A stretch of 64,000 nt of DNA from an uncultured delta proteobacterium. Its GTDB lineage: Bacteria > Desulfobacterota > RBG-13-43-22. Positions 47,478 through 56,800 of the stretch are shown here, piece after piece; the stretch's first letter is position 1, and each line of letters starts with the position of its first letter. The notes below the pieces were generated by a model. That model searched no databases and was not told the DNA's origin. It saw only the letters and a program-made list of their open reading frames with translations. The DNA is taken from contig CAWBOS010000006.1 in assembly GCA_963790475.1 (NCBI GenBank), positions 768,001 through 832,000 on the forward strand. Reading direction: 5' to 3'. Made by a program: the position numbers and the translations under genes.

Positions 47478-48773
47478 TTAATTTAAGGCCTCTATAATAG
47501 TCGTGGCCCCTTGCCCTCCTCCGATACACTGGGTAGCCACACCATAACGTTTCCCGCTGCGCCGCAGTTCTTTGGCGACCGTGAAAACGAGCCGATTGCC
47601 CGTTGCGCCAATAGGATGTCCGATTCCCAGCGATCCTCCATTGACATTCACTTTTTCCTCGGAGATGCCGAGCTCCTTCAATGAGCCAATAACCTGACAG
47701 GCGAAGGCCTCATTAAATTCAATCCGATCGACCTGGTCGATCGTTATTCCTGCATGTTTAAGCGCTTTTTGGGTTGATACGACCGGCCCCATACCCATGA
47801 TTTGCTGTTTGACCCCTCCGTTTCCCCAGCCGATGATTCGGGCCAAGGGCTCCAGGCGCAATTTAATGGCCATCTCCTCACTCATGATCAGGCTGGCCGT
47901 GGTCCCGTAGTTGGTCGGGCAGGAATTCCCGGCCGTGATCCTGAGCTCCTGACCGCCGTAACTGACGATATCCTTGACCACCGGCAATTTAGCCAGGGAG
48001 GCCACGGTCGTGTCCGGCCGCAGACACTCATCACGGTCGAAGACCATCATAGGACCTCTGGCCTCTTCCACCCATTGCTTTTTCTCATCGAAAACCGGAG
48101 TCTCGATTTCCAAAGGGATGATCTCATCTTTATAAATGCCCTTTTCGTAAGCGGCCGCCAACTTTTTATGGCTCCTTTCGGCGAAGGCATCCATCTCTTC
48201 CCTGGTCATGTTATACATCTCGACCACGTTCTGGGCCGTCTGGACCATCGAGGCGTTTGGGGGAGAATCAAGGAGATAGTCCGGGATGGGGGTGGAAAAA
48301 TACTCAAAATGGTCGTGGGCCATATCCCGTTGGATTCGGTTCTTCTCCAATGTTCTGGGGTTGAAGTCGCCCACTCGGGTTGTATTCACCGAGGAGCCTC
48401 GAGGACCGAATTGACGCTCAACACCAAAAGAAATCCCGCACTCATACTGCCCAAGAGAGATGGCCATGGCAATTCGCAGCAGGGCTTCCATGCTCGAGGC
48501 GCAATGGCGGTCGGTATAGAAATTGGTCACTTCATAGGGCAAACCGGCCAAACGGGAGATAAAATTCAGAGAGGAAAGATCCATGGCCCTACGCCCGTTT
48601 CCAATCCCGAATTCAGCGATCATAGTCGGCTTGACCTTGGGATTCCGGGCCAGCAAAGCCTGGACGATTTTGGCCCCCAATTCATCCATGCGGGTTGCTT
48701 CCAGCTTTCCTTTGCCGCCGCGGGAAAAGGCCGATCGGCACCCATCAACAATTACTACATTTCTTGCTTTCAT
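47478..48773 (-). CDS. Thiolase
   Basis: DRHCASS, NEAFA, GHPIGATG, CIGGGQG. Confidence 0.93.
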   Translation of the reverse strand: MKARNVVIVDGCRSAFSRGGKGKLEATRMDELGAKIVQALLARNPKVKPTMIAEFGIGNGRRAMDLSSLNFISRLAGLPYEVTNFYTDRHCASSMEALLRIAMAISLGQYECGISFGVERQFGPRGSSVNTTRVGDFNPRTLEKNRIQRDMAHDHFEYFSTPIPDYLLDSPPNASMVQTAQNVVEMYNMTREEMDAFAERSHKKLAAAYEKGIYKDEIIPLEIETPVFDEKKQWVEEARGPMMVFDRDECLRPDTTVASLAKLPVVKDIVSYGGQELRITAGNSCPTNYGTTASLIMSEEMAIKLRLEPLARIIGWGNGGVKQQIMGMGPVVSTQKALKHAGITIDQVDRIEFNEAFACQVIGSLKELGISEEKVNVNGGSLGIGHPIGATGNRLVFTVAKELRRSGKRYGVATQCIGGGQGATTIIEALN

Positions 48774-48842
48774 CGCTTAACCTTTCATTAAAAAAAGAGG
48801 GCCTTTCCCAAGGCCCTCCTTAATAAACATCCAATGTATTTT

Positions 48843-50147
48843 TTAGTTAAGGGCCTCTAAAATGGTCGTAGCTCCCTGGCCGCCGCCGATGCACTGGGTG
48901 GCCACCCCGTAACGCTTTCCGCTACGCCGGAGTTCCTTGGCTACCGTTAAAACGAGACGATTGCCTGTGGCTCCGATGGGATGCCCGATGCCCAGCGAAC
49001 CGCCGTTGACATTCACCTTTTCTTCAGGGATGCCGAGTTCCTTCAAGGAGATGATCACCTGGCAGGCGAAGGCTTCATTGAATTCCACCCGATCGATTTG
49101 ATCGGCCGTTATGCCGGCATGCTTGAGGGCCTTTTTGGTGGAGACGATCGGTCCTATCCCCATGATCTGTTGTTTGACCCCGCCGTTTCCCCAACCGATG
49201 ATCCGGGCCAGAGGCTCCAATTTCATTTTAAGGGCCATTTCTTCACTCATGATCAGGGCTGCCGTAGCCCCTGAATTGGTCGGGCAGGAATTGCCGGCCG
49301 TGATTCGGAGTTCCTGATTCCCGAAACTGACGATCCCCCTTACCGGTCCCAATTTGGCCAGACCCTCCATGGAACAGTCAGGCCGAACGCATTCGTCACG
49401 GTCGAAGGTGATCATCGGTCCATGGGCATCCTCCACCCATTGACGTTTGTCATCAAACACGGGTTCCTCGATTTCCACCGGAATAATCTCATCCTTATAA
49501 ATGCCTTTCCCATAAGCCGCAGCCAGCTTTTTATGGCTCCTGACCGCGAAGGCATCCAATTCTTCCCGGGTCATATCATACATTTCCACCACATTCTGGG
49601 CGGTCTGGACCATGGAGGCCATCGGGGTGGAATCGAGGATATAATCAGGTATCGGAACGGAAAAATATTCAGAGTGGTCATAGGCCATGTTGCGTTGAAT
49701 CTCGTTCGGCTGAGCCACCTTGGGATTGAAACTGCTGACTCGAGTCGTCGGAGGGGGAACGCGCCCGCCGCCGATTTCCCTGGTCATCCGCTCCACACCA
49801 AAGGAAATGCCGCATTCATACTGGCCGAGACTGATGGCCATAGCAATGCGAAGCAAGGCTTCCATGCTGGAGGCGCAGTGACGGTCCGTGTAGAAATTGG
49901 TTACTTCATAGGGCAGGCCGGCCAACCGGGAGATATTATTCAGATTGGAAAGATCCAGGGCCCGGGCACCGTTGCCGATGCCGAATTCGGCGATCATGGT
50001 CGGTTTGACCTTGGGATTTCGTTCCAAAAGGGCTCGGACAACCGTTGCGCCGATTTCGTCCATACGAGTCGCCTCGAATTTTCCCACTCCGCCGCGGGAA
50101 AAGGCTGATCGACATCCATCTACGATTACTACATTTCTTGCTTTCAT
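48843..50147 (-). CDS. Thiolase (tandem paralog)
   Basis: Same motifs; highly similar to 47478-48773. Confidence 0.93.
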   Translation of the reverse strand: MKARNVVIVDGCRSAFSRGGVGKFEATRMDEIGATVVRALLERNPKVKPTMIAEFGIGNGARALDLSNLNNISRLAGLPYEVTNFYTDRHCASSMEALLRIAMAISLGQYECGISFGVERMTREIGGGRVPPPTTRVSSFNPKVAQPNEIQRNMAYDHSEYFSVPIPDYILDSTPMASMVQTAQNVVEMYDMTREELDAFAVRSHKKLAAAYGKGIYKDEIIPVEIEEPVFDDKRQWVEDAHGPMITFDRDECVRPDCSMEGLAKLGPVRGIVSFGNQELRITAGNSCPTNSGATAALIMSEEMALKMKLEPLARIIGWGNGGVKQQIMGIGPIVSTKKALKHAGITADQIDRVEFNEAFACQVIISLKELGIPEEKVNVNGGSLGIGHPIGATGNRLVLTVAKELRRSGKRYGVATQCIGGGQGATTILEALN

Positions 50148-50430
50148 TAAGTCACCTCTCGTTTTTTAGTATTATACCTCGAAGGGATTTGAAAACAAAC
50201 ACCGGGGTTTTCAGAAACCTGCGTGTAAAACCTTATGTGAAGGTTATATAAAAGTTGGATTTCCAATGTCAAGGGGAAAAAAGATAAGGGGCATCAATCC
50301 CGTTAAGGTTATTAAGACCGGTTATGATTATTGTCTTGACACAAAACCAGCTTGTGATAATTTTGGAAGCTGTAATACGTATGTAATTAATCAACACTTG
50401 TTGAACTTGTGAAAAAAAGGAGGAAATAAA

Positions 50431-52515
50431 ATGACAAAGATTACCGATGTGGTTGATCTGGAAAAGCAAGGTGAGATTGCCGTGCTGATGATCAACAATC
50501 CCCCTGTTAATGCCCTCAGTGTGGGGGTTCGAAAGGGAATGGCCGATGGCGTAAAGGCGGCCATGGAGGACGATTCAGTCAAGGCGGTAGTGATCGCCTG
50601 TGCAGGACGCACCTTTATTGCCGGGGCCGATATCACCGAGTTTGGAAAACCGCCCCAGGAACCAGGGTTAGAGGTCTCTTTTGGATTAATTGAAAACGGC
50701 AAAAAGCCGGTTATCGCCGCCATTCATGGCACTGCGTTGGGAGGTGGTTTGGAAACGGCCCTGGTCTGCCACTTTAGGGTGGCCGTGCCTTCAGCCAGAT
50801 TTGGTCTGCCTGAAGTCCTTCTCGGGCTATTACCCGGTGCGGGTGGTACGCAGAGATTACCCCTGGTCGTCGGGGTTGAAAAGGCCATCCAGATGATTGC
50901 CACCGGGAACCAAATCAGCGCCCAGGATGCCCTGAAAGAGGGTTTGATTGATGAAATTATCCAAGGGGATCTGTTGTCCGGAGCCGTTGCCTTTGCCAAG
51001 AAGGTTCTTGCCGAAAAGAGACCTTTGCGAAAAATCCGGGACCGTCGGGAAAAAGTTGATGCGGCCAAAGGTAAACCGGAGATATTTGCCGAAGCGCGGA
51101 AGGCCTTCGCCCGGTCAAAACGGGGATTTGAAGCCCCTCAGGCCTGTATTGATGCTGTAGAAGCGGCAGTAAACCTTCCCATTGAGGAAGGGCTGAAAAG
51201 AGAGAGGGAACTTTTCGTTAAATTAATGATGGGTTCTCAATCTGCGGCCCAGCGGTATGCGTTCTTTGCCGAAAGAGAGGTGGCCAAGATCCCGGATGTG
51301 CCCGCAGACACACCGCAGATACCCATTAACAAGGTCGGTATCGTCGGAGCAGGGACCATGGGCGGAGGCATAGCCATGAATTGTGCTAACGTCGGGATCC
51401 CGGTGCTCATCATGGAGGTCAACCAGCAGTTGCTGGACAAAGGTTTGGGTATTTGCCGCAAGAATTATGAAAACACGGCGGCCAAGGGGCGAATCACCAA
51501 GGAAGATGTGGAAAAACGCATGTCACTCATCAAAGGTACTCTGACCTTGGATGACTTTAAAGATGTCGATCTGGTTATCGAGGCCGTATACGAAAATATG
51601 GATCTTAAAAAAGAGATCTTTGCTAAACTCGACAAGATCTGCAAACCGGGTGCCGTTCTGGCCTCCAACACCTCGGCCTTGAATATCGATCAAATTGCTT
51701 CGGCAACCAAGCGACCGGAGAGTGTGATCGGCCTACACTTTTTCAGCCCGGCCAATGTCATGCGCCTTCTGGAGGTCGTGCGTGGAACCAAGACTGCAAA
51801 AAATGTTATTGCCACCTCAATGGCCTTCGGGAAAAGGATTCAGAAGATTGCCGTACTGGTCGGAGTATGCCAGGGCTTCGTTGGTAACCGAATGTTGTAT
51901 GAACGCTCGCGTGAAACCCAAAAGTTGATCCTGGAGGCGGGTTCGCCGCAACAGATCGACAAGGTCATCTTCGATTTCGGATTCCCCATGGGGCCTTTCA
52001 CCATGAGTGATCTGGCCGGACTGGATATCGGCTGGAACAAGGCCGCCTCCAAGGGAGCAACCCTTCGGGAACGTCTCTGTGAAGCCGGACGATTGGGCCA
52101 AAAGACCAGTGCCGGCTTCTATGATTACCAGCCGGGGAACAGGACACCGATTCCCTCGCCGATTGTCGAGAAAATGATCAAGGAATTCGCAGCAGAACGC
52201 AACATCCCCCAGAGAAAGATTACTGATGAGGAGATCCTGGAAAAGAGTCTTTACCCGATGATCAATGAAGGGGCCAAGATTTTGGAAGAAGGGATCGCCA
52301 TCAGGCCAAGCGATATTGATGTCATCTGGATTTACGGTTATGGGTGGCCCATCTATCGCGGCGGTCCCATGTTTTATGCCGATCTGGTTGGGGTCAAGAA
52401 GATCTACGACAAGATGGTGGAATTCCAAAAGAAGGAAGGCGATGTTTGGAAACCGTCAGCCCTGTTGGAAAAGTTAGCCAAAGAGGGTAAGGGGTTCAAG
52501 GATTTTCGAAGATAA
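50431..52515 (+). CDS. Enoyl-CoA hydratase / 3-hydroxyacyl-CoA dehydrogenase (FadB-like)
   Basis: AGADI, LGGGLE, PGAGGTQRL, GAGTMG, SNTS, HFFSP, GFVGNR. Confidence 0.95.
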   Translation: MTKITDVVDLEKQGEIAVLMINNPPVNALSVGVRKGMADGVKAAMEDDSVKAVVIACAGRTFIAGADITEFGKPPQEPGLEVSFGLIENGKKPVIAAIHGTALGGGLETALVCHFRVAVPSARFGLPEVLLGLLPGAGGTQRLPLVVGVEKAIQMIATGNQISAQDALKEGLIDEIIQGDLLSGAVAFAKKVLAEKRPLRKIRDRREKVDAAKGKPEIFAEARKAFARSKRGFEAPQACIDAVEAAVNLPIEEGLKRERELFVKLMMGSQSAAQRYAFFAEREVAKIPDVPADTPQIPINKVGIVGAGTMGGGIAMNCANVGIPVLIMEVNQQLLDKGLGICRKNYENTAAKGRITKEDVEKRMSLIKGTLTLDDFKDVDLVIEAVYENMDLKKEIFAKLDKICKPGAVLASNTSALNIDQIASATKRPESVIGLHFFSPANVMRLLEVVRGTKTAKNVIATSMAFGKRIQKIAVLVGVCQGFVGNRMLYERSRETQKLILEAGSPQQIDKVIFDFGFPMGPFTMSDLAGLDIGWNKAASKGATLRERLCEAGRLGQKTSAGFYDYQPGNRTPIPSPIVEKMIKEFAAERNIPQRKITDEEILEKSLYPMINEGAKILEEGIAIRPSDIDVIWIYGYGWPIYRGGPMFYADLVGVKKIYDKMVEFQKKEGDVWKPSALLEKLAKEGKGFKDFRR

Positions 52516-52526
52516 ATCAGCAAGGG

Positions 52527-52552
52527 AGAGGGGCCGAAATCGGCCCCTCTTT
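52527..52552. terminator. Intrinsic terminator
   Basis: AGAGGGGCCG-AAAT-CGGCCCCTCT-TT. Confidence 0.75.
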
Positions 52553-52563
52553 GACTTCCCTGT

Positions 52564-53229
52564 TTAATCTTGAGAAATTTTGGATCGTTTAACCTGCTCT
52601 TCCAGCCAGGATACCCAGGCCACAAGACCTTCACCGGTCCTGCAGGACACCTCAAAAATAATCATATCCCGATTTAACTGGGACACCGCCTTTTTGATAT
52701 TGTCGACGCTGCAATCCACATAAGGGAGCAGGTCAATCTTATTGATGATCAGAACCCGGCTTTCCTGAAACATGAGGGGATATTTCAAGGGCTTGTCATC
52801 CCCTTCAGTGACGGACAAAAGCATGACCTTCATATCTTCCCCCACCTTGAATTCCGCCGGGCAGACCAGGTTGCCTACATTTTCTACAATGAGGAGATCC
52901 AGGGCGGACAGGTCAAGTTGATTCATCGCTTCCCGGATCATATTCCCGTCCAGGTGACAGGCCCCGTCGGTGTTGATCTGTATGGCCTGAACCCCTTTTT
53001 TGGCGATCCGTTCGGCATCAAAGCTGCACTGGATATCTCCTTCTATAACTCCCATATGGAGACGGTCTTTCAATAGTTCAATGGTTTTTTCCAAAAGACT
53101 GGTCTTGCCGGCCCCGGGACTGGACATGAGGTTGATCACAAACAGGTTGTTCCGGTCGAATATCTCCCGATTCTGATCGGCGATCCTATCATTGACCTCC
53201 AAAATATTACGCACTACGGGTATCTTCAC
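52564..53229 (-). CDS. hypB: Hydrogenase nickel incorporation GTPase HypB
   Basis: SSPGAGKT, ACHLD, ENVGNLVCPA, DKPLKYP, NKID. Confidence 0.96.
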   Translation of the reverse strand: MKIPVVRNILEVNDRIADQNREIFDRNNLFVINLMSSPGAGKTSLLEKTIELLKDRLHMGVIEGDIQCSFDAERIAKKGVQAIQINTDGACHLDGNMIREAMNQLDLSALDLLIVENVGNLVCPAEFKVGEDMKVMLLSVTEGDDKPLKYPLMFQESRVLIINKIDLLPYVDCSVDNIKKAVSQLNRDMIIFEVSCRTGEGLVAWVSWLEEQVKRSKISQD

Positions 53230-53304
53230 AATGGCCTCCTAATATCTAAGCTATGGTAATGCCGGACCCGGAAAAAGATTCTCCGGCCGGCAGTGATAAA
53301 TCTT

Positions 53305-53649
53305 TTAATCCGATACCTCGATGGATTCAATTTTCAACTCCCGGCCGAACACCAATTCAGGATCTTCTCCGCCACAGAATGGGCACTTAAATGATATTCC
53401 TTCTGAGGTAAATTCCTGATCGCAATTTGGACACCGATAAGTTATAGGGACCATTTTAATATCCAGGGCAGTACCGGCCAGTCTCGTTTTAGAGGTGAGA
53501 ATTTCAAAACATAGGGTCAACTGCTCAGGTACGACAGCGGACATCCGGCCTACGGCCAGGTGGATGGCTTTAAGGTTTTCTACGCCGTGGCGATTCATCT
53601 CCTGTTCAACAATGTCGATTATATTCTGGACCAGGGACATCTCATGCAT
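53305..53649 (-). CDS. hypA: Hydrogenase maturation nickel chaperone HypA
   Basis: MHEMS, CPNC, CPFC, GREL. Confidence 0.96.
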   Translation of the reverse strand: MHEMSLVQNIIDIVEQEMNRHGVENLKAIHLAVGRMSAVVPEQLTLCFEILTSKTRLAGTALDIKMVPITYRCPNCDQEFTSEGISFKCPFCGGEDPELVFGRELKIESIEVSD

Positions 53650-53883
53650 ACTTTTTTTCCTGAAGGATGTGTTATTCTGATAGAAATGACAGGATTCCGG
53701 ATCAATGCCTTATCTGTTCACCGTGAATTATGCTGCAATAAAGCTTAACTTTTTGTCAAGGTAAAAATGATTAAGAGGAATTAGCAGAGGGATTAGGGCT
53801 ATCGAGTAATGAATAGATCGTTTCTGTAGCGGGATAGGATTTTTTGAAAGAAACCAGATCCCGCCACTTTTTTATAAGGTCAA

Positions 53884-56800
53884 TTATTTTCTTATACCTG
53901 TAAACTTGGTTTTAAAACTCCTATCCGATCCATAGGTGGTTCCAGCACTATTGGTAGCTACAAGGCGGTAATGATATACGGTATAAGAACTCAGTCTGGT
54001 AATACCGGCAGACACCGCCATATTGCTTGTGCCGCTTCCAGATGAGGTAACGGTCGTGTTATTACCATAAGAAGTAGTCCGCCCCCACTGAAAAACATAA
54101 GTCGTGGATAAGCCGTTGGGATTGACCGTCCCGTTCAGAGTGGCGGAACTCCAGGGTACCAAGGTGGCTGAGCCGGTTACGACCATAGGCTGATTTATTC
54201 CCGTACTTAAACTAAAGGTTGCGGTAACACTCACATTCGCGTTCATGGTCACCTGGCAGGTAGTCGACATCCCGGAACAGCCGCCTGACCAACCGTTGAA
54301 TACGGAATTGGAATCCGGTGAGGTCGTCAAGGTGACGGCAGTGCCGGAAGGAAAGGTGGTCCCGGTCGGATTGACGGAAACACTTCCGCTCCCCGTCCCG
54401 ACTTTGCTTACTGTTAGGGTATAATTGGTAATGGTAGAAAATGTTGCGCTTATAGTATGGTTGGCGCTAACCGCAGAGAAAGTATAGGAAGCAATCGCCC
54501 CCTGAGACACTTCGTCCACGGTTACATTGGCAATCTTGTAACCGGCATTGGCTGCGATCGTAAAGGTCTGGTTAGCCCCGGACTGGACACTGATCCCTCC
54601 CGAGGGAGAAATAGCCCCGCCCGTTCCGGCCGTGGCGGTGATGGTGTAGATTTGGTTGTTGTTATTGGTAAAACTTTTATCTACTCCATAGGTGGTCCCT
54701 GCACTGTTGGTGGCCTTAAGGCGATAATGATAAACGGTATTAGACCTCAGCCTGGTTATATTGGCCGAAGAGGCGACATCGCTTGTGCCGCTTCCGACCG
54801 TGGTAACGGCCGTGGTACTACCGTAAGAAGTGGTCCGCCCCCATTGAAAAACATAGGTCGTGGATAAACCCTTTGGATTGACTGTACCGTTCAACTGGGC
54901 GGAACTTGAGGGTATCAATGTGGCTGATCCGGTAACAACTGTCGGTGGATTAGTTGCCGTACTGGAATTGAATATCGCGGTAACACTCACATTCGCGTTC
55001 ATGGTCACCTGGCAGGTAGTCGACATCCCGGAACAGCCGCCTGACCAACCGTTGAATACGGAATTGGAATCCGGTGATGCTGTCAGGGTGACCTGGGTGC
55101 CGGCGGGAAAGGAGGTTCCGGTGGGGTTGGAAGAGACACTGCCGCTTCCCGTCCCGGCATTGGTTATTGTAAGAGTGTATGTGTTGGAAACAAATGACGC
55201 AACGATAGTATGGTTGGCGTTTACGGTCGAGAAGGTATAAGAACTGATTGCTCCCCGAGAAACGCGGTCCACAGTCAGGTTGGCAATCTTGTAACCGGCA
55301 TTGGCTGCGATCGTAAAGGTCTGGTTAGCCCCGGACTGGACACTGATCTCTCCCGAGGGAGAAATAGCCCCGCCCGTTCCGGCCGTGGCGGTGATGGTGT
55401 AGATTTGGTTGTTGTTATTGGTAAAACTTTTATCTACTCCATAGGTGGTCCCTGCACTGTTGGTGGCCTTAAGGCGATAATGATAAACGGTATTAGACCT
55501 CAGCCTGGTTATATTGGCCGAAGAGGCGACATCGCTTGTGCCGCTTCCGGCCGGGGTAACGGCCGTGGTACTACCGTAAGAAGTGGTCCGCCCCCATTGA
55601 AAAACATAGGTCGTGGATAAACCCTTTGGATTGACTGTACCGTTCAACTGGGCGGAACTTGAGGGTATCAATGTGGCTGAGCCGGTAGCGACCATGGGCG
55701 GATTTAATACAGCGCTGAAGGTTGCGGTAACACTCACGTTCGAGTTCATGGCCACCTGACAGGTGGTCGTGCTCCCGGAACAGGCCCCCGACCAGCCTCC
55801 GAAGGTGGAATTGGCGTCAGGTGCGGCAGTCAAGGTGACTTTGGTGCCGGCCGGAAAAGAGGATCCGGTAGGGTCGGTAACAACACTACCGCTGCCCGTC
55901 CCATTTTTGAATATGTTCAGGGTATAGTTGGGAATGGTTGCGAAGGTTGCGTTGATAGTATGGTTGGCGGCCACCGTTTGAAAAGTGTAAGAGGTGATCG
56001 CCCCTTGGGATACGCTGTCTACCAGGACACTGGAAATTGTATAGCCGGAATTAGGGGCGATGGTAAAGCTTTGATTGGCCCCGGACTGGACACTAACCCC
56101 CCCCGAGGGAGAAATGGTTCCGCCGGTTCCGGCCGAAGCGGTGATGGTGTAGGTTTTAAGGTTGAAAGTTGCCGTGACGGAGACAATGGAATTCATCATT
56201 ACCTGACAGGTAGTCGAATTCCCGGAACAACCGCCGCCGGACCAGCCGCTGAATACGGAATTGGCATCCGGTAAGGCGGTTAGGGTAACCTGCGTCCCGG
56301 AGGAAAAGCTGGCCCCCGTCGGACTGGTCGAAACCGTGCCGCTGCCCGTCCCATTTTTGAATATGTTCAGGTTATAGTTGGGAATGGTCGTAAAGGTCGC
56401 GCTTATGGTGTGATTAGCAGTCACCCCTGTGAAGGTGTAAGAGGAGATCACCCCTTGGGATGCGCCATCGACCAGGACGTTGGAAATTGTATAGCCGGAA
56501 TTAGGGGCGATGGTAAAGCTTTGATTGGCCCCGGATTGGACATTGGTCACCCCCGATGGGGAAATGGATCCACCCGTTCCGGCCGAGGCGGTGATGGTGT
56601 AGGTCTTAAGGTTGAAAGTTGCCGTGACGGAGACAATGGAATTCATCATTACCTGACAGGTAGTCGAATTCCCGGAACAACCGCCGCCGGACCAGCCGCT
56701 GAATACGGAATTGGCATCCGGTAAGGCGGTTAGGGTAACCTGCGTCCCGGAGGAAAAGCTGGCCCCCGTCGGACTGGTCGAAACCGTGCCGCTGCCCGTC

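Noticed and set aside
47802-50108. Long opposite-strand ORFs (329 aa, 228 aa) and similar shadow ORFs elsewhere
   Set aside because: Antisense to well-supported genes, with no recognisable motifs.
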